A DNA stretch of 36,821 nucleotides from a virus. Its lineage: Duplodnaviria; Heunggongvirae; Uroviricota; Caudoviricetes. Of the stretch, positions 19,201 through 29,288 are shown piece by piece. The position numbers and the translations under genes were made by a program. The DNA is taken from IMG/VR virus record IMGVR_UViG_3300013426_000020. The stretch is one strand, 5' to 3'. Each line of letters opens with the position of its first letter. Position 1 is the first letter of the stretch. The notes beneath the pieces were generated by a model, which saw only the letters and a program-made list of their open reading frames with translations, made no database searches and was not told where the DNA came from.

Positions 19201-20598
19201 ATGAATAATATCAAAATAAGCAAAAGCAAGGGGTTCAAGGATGAATATTGTGCAACTTGTGTAAGAATAGGAGAAATTTTTCCTATTGAAGGTAAGGATA
19301 GGATTGTTAAGACAATGGTGAATGGTCTTTCCATTGTGATAGGAAAGGATGAGTTCAAGACTGGTGATGTTGCGGTTTATTGTGCAAATGAAACAATGAT
19401 ACACGAACTGTATCTACATCTCAACTCTATGTATGATGACCCGTTTCTCAATCTTGACAATACAAAGAAGGGGTATATCAACAAGCATGGAAGAATTCGT
19501 ATCGTCAAGCTTGGTGGTGTTCCGTCATATGGACTTCTTCTCAATCCTGAAAGTCTTGCTGTGTTTCTCAATATTTCAAAGGATGAGGTTGTGGAATTTC
19601 TTGAATCACATGTGGGGGAAGATTTTGATGAGATCAATGGAGAAAAGTTTATACAGGTTTATATACCACCTGTGAGAAACAATAGACAGAATATGTCAAA
19701 GTCTGACAGAAGACAGAAGAAACTTGACAGGTTCAAGATGCTCATTGAGGGAACTTTCAGGTTTCATTATGATACGGAAGGATTGCAGAAGCATATGAAT
19801 GAGATAAATCCGGATGATGAGGTATATATTTCAGTCAAGGCACATGGTACATCATCGATATTCGCTAATGTTCTCACAAATGTTCCAACTCCCTGGTATA
19901 AAAGGTTTTGGAGAAAATATGTGAAACATATAAATGAGTATGATCAGAAATATAATCTGGTATATTCTTCAAGGACTGTCATCAAGAATGAGTATATCAA
20001 CAAGAACCAGAAACCAGGTGGATATTATTCTGATGATGTATGGGGATACTGGGCAAAGAAACTTGAAGGTCTTGTCCCGAAGGACTGTGAGATATTTGCA
20101 GAGATTGTAGGTTATACACCAAATGGAACAGCGATACAGAAAGGTTATGACTATGGATGCAAACCATTTGATGAAGAAAAGTCGAAATTGATGGTATATC
20201 GTATGACAGACAAGGGCAAGGAACTTGAAATTCCTGATGTAATGAGATATGGAAAGTATCTTCATGATAAACTGGGAGACGTTATCATTGAATTTCCGTT
20301 ATTGTATCAGGGATTGATGAAAGACTTGTATCCTGATGTTTCAACTACAGAACATTGGCATGAGAACGTGCTTGAACTTTTGAAGAACGAAAAGAGATTT
20401 CTGATGGAAAAAAATGAACCTATGTGCAAAAACAAGGTTCCGAGGGAAGGATTTGTTTTGAGAAAGGCAAATGATCCTATACCGGAAGCATGGAAGTTGA
20501 AATGTTACCATTTTCTCTCACATGAAAGTGCTGCAATTGATGCAGGTGAAGTTGACTGCGAAATGCAGGAAGGATATGGAGATGAACAAAATTTATAA
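19201..20598 (+). CDS. ATP-dependent RNA ligase (Rnl2/DRB0094-like)
   Basis: N-terminal OB-like domain, SVKAHGTS (motif I), FAEIVG, REGFVLR, WKLK. Confidence 0.85.
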   Translation: MNNIKISKSKGFKDEYCATCVRIGEIFPIEGKDRIVKTMVNGLSIVIGKDEFKTGDVAVYCANETMIHELYLHLNSMYDDPFLNLDNTKKGYINKHGRIRIVKLGGVPSYGLLLNPESLAVFLNISKDEVVEFLESHVGEDFDEINGEKFIQVYIPPVRNNRQNMSKSDRRQKKLDRFKMLIEGTFRFHYDTEGLQKHMNEINPDDEVYISVKAHGTSSIFANVLTNVPTPWYKRFWRKYVKHINEYDQKYNLVYSSRTVIKNEYINKNQKPGGYYSDDVWGYWAKKLEGLVPKDCEIFAEIVGYTPNGTAIQKGYDYGCKPFDEEKSKLMVYRMTDKGKELEIPDVMRYGKYLHDKLGDVIIEFPLLYQGLMKDLYPDVSTTEHWHENVLELLKNEKRFLMEKNEPMCKNKVPREGFVLRKANDPIPEAWKLKCYHFLSHESAAIDAGEVDCEMQEGYGDEQNL

Positions 20599-20603
20599 TA
20601 AAA

Positions 20604-20629
20604 TGGGAGAAAATATTTCTCCCGCTTTC
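20604..20629 (+). terminator. Probable terminator
   Basis: gggagaaa-at-atttctccc hairpin after the ligase gene. Confidence 0.55.
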
Positions 20630-20696
20630 ACATAAATGAATATTTTAATATTTTTTCAACTTTACATAAATATACTATATTGTTATAATAACATAA

Positions 20697-22088
20697 ATGC
20701 AGACAATAAAGCTGAAATACAAAGTAAGTGAAGAAGACAAGGACTTGTTGTTTGAATATATTAGACAATACAATTCCTGTCTGCATTTTATGTATAACAG
20801 GTTGATTGACAATTCAGACATCACAGAAAAGGAGATGAGAAGTCTGACAATCAATAATATACCACTGTTGAATTATTATCTCATACAATGCTCCATAAAG
20901 GAGTCATTCCAGATAAAAGCATCCACAGATGAAGACAAGAGAATAATCTTTGGTGGGAAGGACAACTTCATCAAGAGATGTCAGGGAAAGATTTCAAAGG
21001 AAGAATTCTTGAAGAAAAGGACAAGACCACTCTATTCAATAGGAGATAAGGAACATACAAATAGATTGTTTGCTTTTGATGACATAAACACTATTGTGTT
21101 CAAACCCAACAGAAAAACACATATAAGACTTGATGTTTCTTGTAATTTTCATAAGGGATATAGAAAGATAATCAATAAACTATTTGATTGTCAATTACAT
21201 AAGACTATAGGTCTGACCTTCAAGGTTGACTTGAACTATATTTATATCTCATTTGATGAGACAATTCTCAAAGAACATGAAAGCAAGAAGATGGAGAACA
21301 GGGTGTTCTCAATAGATTTGAACCCCAACTATGTAGGATGGTCAGTTGTTGACTGGAAGTCTTCAAGTGAATTCAGTGTTGTCTCTTCTGGTGTGATATC
21401 AATCAAAGAACTGAATGACAAACACTTTGCTTTGAAGAAATCAAAGAAGAACCCAGATGGTCTTTCATCAGACCATCCAAAGAGAATCCATCTCAACAAC
21501 AAAAGAGAACATGAAGTCTATGAAATCTCCAAGAACCTGATAGACAAGGCATTATATTACAGATGTTCTTTGTTTGCAGTGGAAGACTTGACCATAAAAC
21601 CATCAGACAAGAAGAAAGGTTCAAAATACAATTCTCTCTGCAACAACCTGTGGAACAGAGACAAGATGGTGAACAATCTCAAGAAAAGATGCATTATCTA
21701 TGGACTGAAATTGTTTGAAGTTCAACCAAATTACTCAAGTTTCATAGGGAACTTTTTATTCAGGGACTTGAATCTCCCTGACATGGTTCTTGCTTCAATT
21801 GAAATCTCAAGAAGATGCTATGAATTTTATAATCAATATGTTATAAAGATAAAACCACAAAGAAAGAATATAATACAGCCTGAAATCAATGAGTTCTATG
21901 ACAGGTACATCAAGTCATTGGAAGAATTTGATGTACATGGAGAATTCAAGGATTTCAAGGATGTTTATTCTTTCTTCAAAAGCTCTAAAATGATGTATAG
22001 GGTTTCTCTGGATTCTTTGAATCCAAAGTTTTTCAGCTTGAATACAAGAAAATCCTACGTAGGACAGTGTTACTTTTGTTATTTTTAA
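20697..22088 (+). mobile_element. tnpB: TnpB-like RNA-guided nuclease (IS200/IS605-IS607 type), no tnpA nearby
   Basis: RuvC motifs FSIDLNPN, FAVEDL, VQPNYSS..PDMVLASIEISRR. Confidence 0.75.
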
Positions 22089-22122
22089 TAAAAACTTTTG
22101 TTATTTTTAATAAAAAAAAGTA

Positions 22123-22377
22123 ATGCTTAAAAATTATTCAAATACATCAAAAATAAATGAGTTTGCAAAAAATTATGCCGACAGACATCAACTCGCAGAA
22201 ATGGAGTTGAGGGGGTTGAGTGGTGTTTATTCTTATTCAAGAATTTATAATGCTGAAATGACAGCATATGAACATGGTGCAGGTGATGTAATTGACAAAC
22301 TTGAAAGGTGCTATAATGCTGATAAAGGGATGAATATCAAGGATTTTATAAATTATATGAGGACTGGAAGATTATGA
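22123..22377 (+). CDS. Hypothetical protein
   Basis: 84-aa ORF starting an operon. Confidence 0.65.
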   Translation: MLKNYSNTSKINEFAKNYADRHQLAEMELRGLSGVYSYSRIYNAEMTAYEHGAGDVIDKLERCYNADKGMNIKDFINYMRTGRL

Positions 22378-22694
22378 AAGAGATACATTTTTTCACAAAT
22401 TTGTCAAACATTGAGCAGACAAGTGAGTGGGATCTTGACACTATGTGTGTTGATTATGCAACAACACAATTTATGATAGACAATCCAGAAATTGAAAGAG
22501 TAAAGACAACCCAGTTGTCATTTCTTATAAACACTTGGGATTATATGGACAAAGGGTATAAAGTGTATATTCATAATAATGTAGAAGTGTTTGAAATAAG
22601 GGAACATATGATTACACATACAGGAAAGGACATAAGAAAGGGTCATAATGTATTGAAACTTCTTCTTGGTGGGGAATTCGGAAAAATTGAGTAA
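22374..22694 (+). CDS. Hypothetical protein
   Basis: 106-aa ORF coupled to the previous gene. Confidence 0.75.
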   Translation: MKEIHFFTNLSNIEQTSEWDLDTMCVDYATTQFMIDNPEIERVKTTQLSFLINTWDYMDKGYKVYIHNNVEVFEIREHMITHTGKDIRKGHNVLKLLLGGEFGKIE

Positions 22695-22696
22695 TT

Positions 22697-22915
22697 ATGG
22701 AAAATAAGGAAATACCATGGACTTTATGTAAGGACAGTCTTCCTGATCATGACTGCCAGTGTCTTGTATTGATGCCTGAACCATATTCTTTCTTTGAGAT
22801 ATGTTCTTATTCAAAGAAAAGAAAAAAGTTTATATATTGGGATCATTATAATGATGGTGAAGGACATTATAAAAATACAGATGTGAAGGCATGGGTTGAA
22901 CTGAAAAAGTTTTGA
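22697..22915 (+). CDS. Small protein, DUF551-like
   Basis: W..CKDSLP...CLVL..., V.AW.EL pattern. Confidence 0.55.
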   Translation: MENKEIPWTLCKDSLPDHDCQCLVLMPEPYSFFEICSYSKKRKKFIYWDHYNDGEGHYKNTDVKAWVELKKF

Positions 22916-22918
22916 GTT

Positions 22919-24346
22919 ATGACAAGAGAAAAATTCAATAACATTGTTGACTATATAAGAGATATAATTACAGGAACTGAATTCTATAATCATATATATG
23001 TGGTAGGTGGTGCCTGTAGAAATTTGTATATGGGAAGGGAGATAAAGGACATTGATATCGTGATTGATCTTCCAGATGGGGGTGTGAAGTTTGCAAACTG
23101 GTGCAAGGAGAAAGGATATACAAAGACTGTGGTCATATATGAAACATATGGGACGGCAATGTTCAAACTGCATGAGTTTCCTGATGATGAGATTGAATGT
23201 GTAATGACACGGGGTGAGAAATATCTTGATAATGGATCAAGAAATCCTGTTGTTGAATTCTGTTCATTACAGGAAGATGCGATAAGAAGGGACTTCACAA
23301 TAAATGCACTTTATTATAATGTCTCCACTGGTGAAATGGTGGATATGGTGAATGGAAGGAATGATATTGATGATTGTATTATCAGGACAACAAATCCCAA
23401 TCCGGATTTCATATTTCAGGAAGACCCATTGCGGATTCTCCGTGCGGTAAGGTTTTCATGTGTATATGGTTTTTCAATTTCACAAGATACATATGATGCT
23501 ATGAAAAGAAATGCAGACAGACTGGAAATCATTACAAAGGAAAGAATACAGTCTGAACTGAATAAAATACTTATGTCAAATGATGCATCAAGAGGTATAA
23601 ATATTCTTCATGACATAGGAACCATGAAATATATTGTTCCTGACTTTGACAAGTGTTATGGTCTGGAGCAGAATGAGTATCATTTTGGTGATGTTGCTGA
23701 ACATACTCTTGCTGTTCTTGAACATCATTGTGATGTATTTGAACCGAATCTTCCGGAAAGACTTGCATGTTTTCTTCATGACATAGGAAAGGTATATACG
23801 AAATCCGTCAAGAATGGGAAGATACACTTTTATGATCATGAACATATGGGTGCGGAATTGAGTGTTGACATTTTGAGAAAACTCAAATATGATACAAATA
23901 CAATAAAGGAAGTGTGGTTTCTCATAAAAAATCATATGAGAACAAAGCAGGCAGGTATAGGAGGAAGACTTATGAAGGACAAGTCATTGAACAAACTTCT
24001 TTATGAATGCAAGACAAATGAACGATTTATGTCATTGATGAGGGTGATAGAGTGTGACAATATGTCTCATAAAAAAGAACACAATATACAGGGACAGTTT
24101 GCTGAACTTATCACAAGAGTTGAACATAGTCCGCAACATATGAAGATGTTCGGTTATAGACTTCCAGTTGACGGAAATGATATAATGGAGATATTGAAGA
24201 TTGAACCGGGTGAAATCATAAGTGAGATAAACAGAAGGCTTCTCAACCATGCTTTTATAAATCCAGATATCACCAGAGATGAATGTATCAAAATTCTACC
24301 GGGAATAAAAAGGGAAGCAGAAACATATATAATGAAAAATAAATGA
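22919..24346 (+). CDS. cca: CCA-adding tRNA nucleotidyltransferase with HD domain
   Basis: YVVGGACR..KDIDI, RRDFTINAL, EDPLRILRAVRF, H..GDV..HT, LHDIGK. Confidence 0.92.
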   Translation: MTREKFNNIVDYIRDIITGTEFYNHIYVVGGACRNLYMGREIKDIDIVIDLPDGGVKFANWCKEKGYTKTVVIYETYGTAMFKLHEFPDDEIECVMTRGEKYLDNGSRNPVVEFCSLQEDAIRRDFTINALYYNVSTGEMVDMVNGRNDIDDCIIRTTNPNPDFIFQEDPLRILRAVRFSCVYGFSISQDTYDAMKRNADRLEIITKERIQSELNKILMSNDASRGINILHDIGTMKYIVPDFDKCYGLEQNEYHFGDVAEHTLAVLEHHCDVFEPNLPERLACFLHDIGKVYTKSVKNGKIHFYDHEHMGAELSVDILRKLKYDTNTIKEVWFLIKNHMRTKQAGIGGRLMKDKSLNKLLYECKTNERFMSLMRVIECDNMSHKKEHNIQGQFAELITRVEHSPQHMKMFGYRLPVDGNDIMEILKIEPGEIISEINRRLLNHAFINPDITRDECIKILPGIKREAETYIMKNK

Positions 24347-24645
24347 AAGTTTTTATTGTGAACAAGGTTGATGATCATTTCATCATCACTAACGAGGACT
24401 TGACAGTCAGTTCTCCCAGATTTCAGTGGCTGAAGAAAAACTGTCTGGTTTTTATGAGCGAAGATGCTGCGAATGAGTATGTGATGTCAAGGATTGAGGA
24501 AAAGACAGAGAACAGATTTGAGAAACTTGCAGAAGACTATGACAGAATTGAATCAAAGGAAGACTTCGAGAAACTGTTTGATGTGAAACTTGATGAGGGT
24601 AGTTATGAAAGACTCAAAGGTTTCATTGATTATTTGAGAAAATGA
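24343..24645 (+). CDS. Hypothetical protein
   Basis: 100-aa ORF overlapping the cca stop. Confidence 0.7.
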   Translation: MKVFIVNKVDDHFIITNEDLTVSSPRFQWLKKNCLVFMSEDAANEYVMSRIEEKTENRFEKLAEDYDRIESKEDFEKLFDVKLDEGSYERLKGFIDYLRK

Positions 24646-24678
24646 GAATGTTGAGGAAACAGTCCTCATTTTTTTTTT
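24640..24678 (+). terminator. Probable terminator
   Basis: tgagga-aacag-tcctca hairpin followed by a T run. Confidence 0.65.
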
Positions 24679-24709
24679 GATTTTTGTTGGAAAATAAAAA
24701 TATTTGTCA

Positions 24710-24733
24710 TATCTTTGCATCAACAAATAAAAA
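24710..24733 (+). promoter_or_regulatory. Bacteroidota-type -7 box within a 24-bp exact repeat (copy at 29260-29283)
   Basis: tatctttgcatcaacaaataaaaa occurs at both sites. Confidence 0.7.
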
Positions 24734-24743
24734 TGACAACATT

Positions 24744-25355
24744 ATGGACAGACTTGTAAATTACATTGAATACAGATGGAAAAAATATGGAGAGATAGAG
24801 AGGACTACAGCATTGTCATCCATGTATTATAGTTTCGGGAACATAAAGGTAAGGATTTCTGATCATATGAAATACAGTGAGGATGAAGTGCGAAAGATTG
24901 ACTATTTCTTTATAATTCAGCCAAATGATACATATGTCTTTATGTCAAGTCCGAAATACAACAATGATGGAAAGTTGTATATGAAGATTGTGTCATATAA
25001 TGAGGCAAAGGAATTCATAAAGACTCTTCATAATTACAGTATGAAACTTGTTCCTATGATGAAATGGTATTCTCCAGAAGGGTGGAATGACACGCAAAAT
25101 TATGATAATAAAGTCAATGCAGTGAAGAATAACACAGAGAGAATGACATGGGGAGATTTCTATAAGAGATATTTTGATATGAAGGATGACACATATCAAA
25201 AGAAAGTTGCACAAAGAATTGAGACACTTGTTTATGGAAGCATAGGAAAGGGAACAGTAGGAGGAAAAATGGATAGGATAAGAAATGCATATATGAAGAT
25301 GAGTTCATCTCAATATGATATACTGATGAAGAAATTTATGGAAGCAAATTTATAA
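24744..25355 (+). CDS. Hypothetical protein
   Basis: Start adjusted to MDRLV downstream of the promoter. Confidence 0.75.
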   Translation: MDRLVNYIEYRWKKYGEIERTTALSSMYYSFGNIKVRISDHMKYSEDEVRKIDYFFIIQPNDTYVFMSSPKYNNDGKLYMKIVSYNEAKEFIKTLHNYSMKLVPMMKWYSPEGWNDTQNYDNKVNAVKNNTERMTWGDFYKRYFDMKDDTYQKKVAQRIETLVYGSIGKGTVGGKMDRIRNAYMKMSSSQYDILMKKFMEANL

Positions 25356-25374
25356 ACATTTTATATTTTGAATT

Positions 25375-27225
25375 ATGGACAAGAAGGAACTATATGATAA
25401 AGCAAAGGAAGCCTATTATAATGGTGAAGAAATAATGTCGGATCTTGAATTCGATGAACTTGAAAATGAACTCGGTCTGGAAAATAAAGGTTATGTGGGA
25501 ACACATCACCAAAAGTCCTATACCATAAAACATCCTTTCATTATGGGATCTCTTTCAAAAGTCCAGATAAAGGAAGATAAGAATCACCAGATTGACTGGA
25601 AAGGATTTGAAAATAAGGTGATGTCTTATCTTGACAAGTCAAGGAAAGGAAATGAATCTGGATGGTATTTTGAATGTACACCAAAATTTGACGGATGTTC
25701 ATTTGAAACAGTCATTGACAACAATGGAAATCTTGTATCTGTTTCCACACGTGGAGATGGGGAATATGGTAAAGATATAAAAGTTTGGTTTGAAGATGAA
25801 TGGAATAAAAGATTTGAACCAAAGATAAAAAGATTTGTAGAGTCAATTACTGATTCTTTCAAATATTTTGTGGTAAGGGGAGAATGTCTTGTAAGAAAGT
25901 CAGTGTTTGAGAAGAAATATGTGAAAGATTTTACGCTTCCACGGAGTTTCGTTGCGGGAGTTCTCGGCCAGGACTGGGAAGGAACAGACAGACAGAAAGA
26001 AATGAGATCAGATTTGTATTGGGTGTGTTATGATTATAGGATTATATATGACAGTGGGACAATAGAAGAATTTGATTATGCAAAACATAAGGATATATGT
26101 CCTGGTATATTTTCCATTTCATCATCATATGAAAATCTTGACTTGAATCATTTATATGAAAAATATGATGATTTCAGGAAGAATGTATGTGATGTTGCAC
26201 TTGACGGATTTGTTATCAAACCTGGTGTTCAATACAGACTTCAGGATGGCAGTCGTGCAAGACAGGAAGACTGTGTTGCAATAAAATTTCTTCCTGAAAT
26301 TGTAAATGCAGTTCTCAAGGATGTTGAGTGGAATGTTGGCAAGAATCATGAGTATTATCCTACAGGAATTCTTGAAGATGTCATACTTGGTGGAAAGAAG
26401 GTGAATAGAGTCAGTCTTGCAAATTATGGAAACATAGTCCAGAAAGGTATTGGAATAGGATCTGAACTCGAAATATCTTTGGCTGGAGACATCATACCGT
26501 ACGTTCTGTCCGTCAAATCTTCGGGGGCAGAACTCCCGGTACCAGAAGATTCTTATGTCAATGGTGTTCATTTGATGAAAGTAATGTCTCCTGAAGATAT
26601 GAATTATATAAGTTTCATCAATTCTGTCAATGTCATCAAACCTGACGGGATAGGTGAAAAGGTGGCAGATGCATTATATTATATATATGGTGGAACTAAC
26701 AATATCCTCAATCTTATGGTCAATACAGAATGGCAGTCAAAACTTGATGATAACAAGTCTTCACAGAATATCATAAATGCATTGATTGAAAGAAAAAAGA
26801 CACTTACATTACCTGATGTGATACAGTCTTTTGGTATTAAAAATTGTGGAGAGAAGAATAGTCTCTGGCTTGCAAAAAAGGTGTCTGGACTGGAACCTGA
26901 TGAAAAAGGAATTCCTCAAGAAATAATGGATGTGTTTTATGAACAATATTTTAAGGAAGGTGTAAAATATTTTATGGAACACTTGAGCATAAAGCCATTG
27001 CAAGAAGAGAAGTCCGACAAGATGTATGTAATCCTCACTGGAAGTCCGAAAGAGTGTGGTTATACCACCAAAGGAGAATTTCTTGCAAAACATCCGGAGT
27101 TTATGGAAACCACAAAATGGGATCAGTGTCAGTATTTGATTACAGACAGTCTTGACTCTACAAGTTCAAAAATGGACAAGGCAAAGAAAAAGAATATCCC
27201 CATCAGAACATATCTTGATTTTTGA
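25375..27225 (+). CDS. ligA: NAD-dependent DNA ligase
   Basis: MGSLSK, TPKFDGCS, STRGDGEYG, LDGFVIK, AIKF, OB fold, C-terminal BRCT. Confidence 0.92.
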   Translation: MDKKELYDKAKEAYYNGEEIMSDLEFDELENELGLENKGYVGTHHQKSYTIKHPFIMGSLSKVQIKEDKNHQIDWKGFENKVMSYLDKSRKGNESGWYFECTPKFDGCSFETVIDNNGNLVSVSTRGDGEYGKDIKVWFEDEWNKRFEPKIKRFVESITDSFKYFVVRGECLVRKSVFEKKYVKDFTLPRSFVAGVLGQDWEGTDRQKEMRSDLYWVCYDYRIIYDSGTIEEFDYAKHKDICPGIFSISSSYENLDLNHLYEKYDDFRKNVCDVALDGFVIKPGVQYRLQDGSRARQEDCVAIKFLPEIVNAVLKDVEWNVGKNHEYYPTGILEDVILGGKKVNRVSLANYGNIVQKGIGIGSELEISLAGDIIPYVLSVKSSGAELPVPEDSYVNGVHLMKVMSPEDMNYISFINSVNVIKPDGIGEKVADALYYIYGGTNNILNLMVNTEWQSKLDDNKSSQNIINALIERKKTLTLPDVIQSFGIKNCGEKNSLWLAKKVSGLEPDEKGIPQEIMDVFYEQYFKEGVKYFMEHLSIKPLQEEKSDKMYVILTGSPKECGYTTKGEFLAKHPEFMETTKWDQCQYLITDSLDSTSSKMDKAKKKNIPIRTYLDF

Positions 27226-27650
27226 TTATGAGTTATACTGATTATATATCTGTTGATTTATTGAAGGAACTTCTTGATTTTAAGTTTCCAGCATATAAAT
27301 ATCCAGAAAATGGATATGATGGAAAACCAGTATACTACACCAAGGATGAAAATGATCCAGACTGGATGAACTGTGATGCATATAGAATACCTACATATGC
27401 AGAAGTTCTTGACTGGTTTACATCAAAGGGAATAGTTATAACACTGGAACCGTTCTTCACATTTTCATTTCAGAACAGAATAGGTTATAATTGGGAGATT
27501 TCATATATTGCAAAAAATTGTGAAATGAAAACAATAACAGAGCTTGATATGTTGAAGACAAATGATGGATATGGTGGATCTTTCAAGAGAATTATGAATG
27601 ATGCCATTGAATTTGCATTATATAATGTTTTGAACTATGATAGACAATAA
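27222..27650 (+). CDS. Hypothetical protein
   Basis: 142-aa ORF in operon. Confidence 0.75.
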   Translation: MIMSYTDYISVDLLKELLDFKFPAYKYPENGYDGKPVYYTKDENDPDWMNCDAYRIPTYAEVLDWFTSKGIVITLEPFFTFSFQNRIGYNWEISYIAKNCEMKTITELDMLKTNDGYGGSFKRIMNDAIEFALYNVLNYDRQ

Positions 27651-27900
27651 AATAAAGAAACTTGATATTGAGAAACATATCAGGAAGTTTCTGGGAAAGG
27701 AAGGAATTGACTTTCTCAAGGAGTGCAAGAAGAATGACAGGTTTTATTCAGGTTATAATTCTTGGCTTGGAGGAGGAATTGGAACACAGGTGAGAAATCA
27801 TATAAGAGAGAAGTTTCCTGTGATTGATGAGTTTATGACTTATCAGGAGTATGAAGATTATACGACAGAAATTGTAATAAAAATAATTGAAGATGAATAA
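27637..27900 (+). CDS. Hypothetical protein
   Basis: 87-aa ORF in operon. Confidence 0.7.
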   Translation: MIDNKIKKLDIEKHIRKFLGKEGIDFLKECKKNDRFYSGYNSWLGGGIGTQVRNHIREKFPVIDEFMTYQEYEDYTTEIVIKIIEDE

Positions 27901-28387
27901 GATTGAAAGTTTCAAGGTAAATCATCTGGACTTGCATCCAGGAATTTATATTTCAAGACAAGATATTGTTGGTGAAGAACCTGTAATCACATATGATATA
28001 AGAATGACATATGTCAATCATGAACCCACCATTGATCCAGCAGCTATGCATACGATTGAACACATAGGTGCCACGATGCTGCGGAACGGTAGTTTGAAAG
28101 ATGATGTCATATATTTCGGACCTATGGGTTGCTGCACGGGATTTTATCTTATTATGAAGGGGGAACATCCTATTGTCGAAATAAAACAGATTATTCTTGG
28201 GATGATGTCATTGATTGCAAACTGGAAGGATGATGAAAAGATACCAGGTTATTCACCAAAAGAATGTGGAAATTATAAGTTTCACAATCTTGATGGTGCA
28301 AGGAACATAGCAAAGAAATATATGACGAGACTTGTTGCGGATTTCCATTGCGAATATCCGAAAGATGATTTTGAAAATGATAAATAA
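27893..28387 (+). CDS. luxS: S-ribosylhomocysteine lyase (AI-2 synthase)
   Basis: KIESFKVNH, TYDIRM, HTIEH, GPMGCCTGFY, ECGNY. Confidence 0.92.
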   Translation: MNKIESFKVNHLDLHPGIYISRQDIVGEEPVITYDIRMTYVNHEPTIDPAAMHTIEHIGATMLRNGSLKDDVIYFGPMGCCTGFYLIMKGEHPIVEIKQIILGMMSLIANWKDDEKIPGYSPKECGNYKFHNLDGARNIAKKYMTRLVADFHCEYPKDDFENDK

Positions 28388-28400
28388 ATCATTATATTTG
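28370..28400 (+). promoter_or_regulatory. Bacteroidota-type promoter
   Basis: TTTG, 19-nt spacer, TATATTTG. Confidence 0.65.
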
Positions 28401-28414
28401 CATAAAAAATAATT

Positions 28415-29254
28415 ATGATTAAGACATTTGAGGAATATACACAGAATTGTGAACTTCTTGATGAAGGAATTATACCGAACTATATTGACAAAACTGTGAA
28501 ACTGACTATGGACAATGATGATGGAATTGATTTCTCTGAAAACAAATATATCAAATATAGGGATTATAAAAGTGGTTTGACAGTATTTTCAATTTTCAGG
28601 AGAACCCCATTACCGGATCCATATTTTGATAAGGATATGGATGGTAATCCTTTCATTTATGCATTGAAAGATATAAATGGATGGACATTTGACATTACTG
28701 ATGTAGAAGCAAAACAATATATACGAAAGTTTTTATCAATATGCCAGTCCATTGAACAAAAATATGATGTGATAGTGATGGCACCAAGCAACAATGGACT
28801 CAACAGGAGATTTATGTCCATCATCTATAAAATTGTCAATGCAAAGATAAAAATTGAAGATTATTTCTTCAAGTTGAAGACAAGTGATGTCCTTATGAAT
28901 CTTGATTCCGATTTATTGAAAAAAGATTTTCCTGATTCATATAAAAGAGAAAATATACAAAAGGAGATAAAAAAATCTCTGATGTCTATGGGAAATGACT
29001 TTGAGTCAAAGAAATTTCCAAAGGAATATTTGAAATATATCAAGAGTGTTGTTGATATGAATAATCAGTATGACTATCAGGATTCTTTTGACTTGTTCAA
29101 CAGTAAGAATGTTCTTGTTCTTGATGATGTATTTTCAAGTGGAAAGACTGTATCGGACTGTGTGAAGATGATAAGGGAATTTGAACCAAGCAAAATTGAT
29201 GTGATTACATTATTATCAAAAAAGATGAAGAAAAAGTTGCAGATGAGAAAATAA
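28415..29254 (+). CDS. Phosphoribosyltransferase-fold protein (paralog 2)
   Basis: IVMAPS and VLVLDDVFSSGKTV; shares FSIFxR..DGNxF..AxK with paralog 1; MIKTFEEY N-terminus. Confidence 0.8.
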   Translation: MIKTFEEYTQNCELLDEGIIPNYIDKTVKLTMDNDDGIDFSENKYIKYRDYKSGLTVFSIFRRTPLPDPYFDKDMDGNPFIYALKDINGWTFDITDVEAKQYIRKFLSICQSIEQKYDVIVMAPSNNGLNRRFMSIIYKIVNAKIKIEDYFFKLKTSDVLMNLDSDLLKKDFPDSYKRENIQKEIKKSLMSMGNDFESKKFPKEYLKYIKSVVDMNNQYDYQDSFDLFNSKNVLVLDDVFSSGKTVSDCVKMIREFEPSKIDVITLLSKKMKKKLQMRK

Positions 29255-29288
29255 TGTTGTATCTTTGCATCAACAAATAAAAAGAGAC

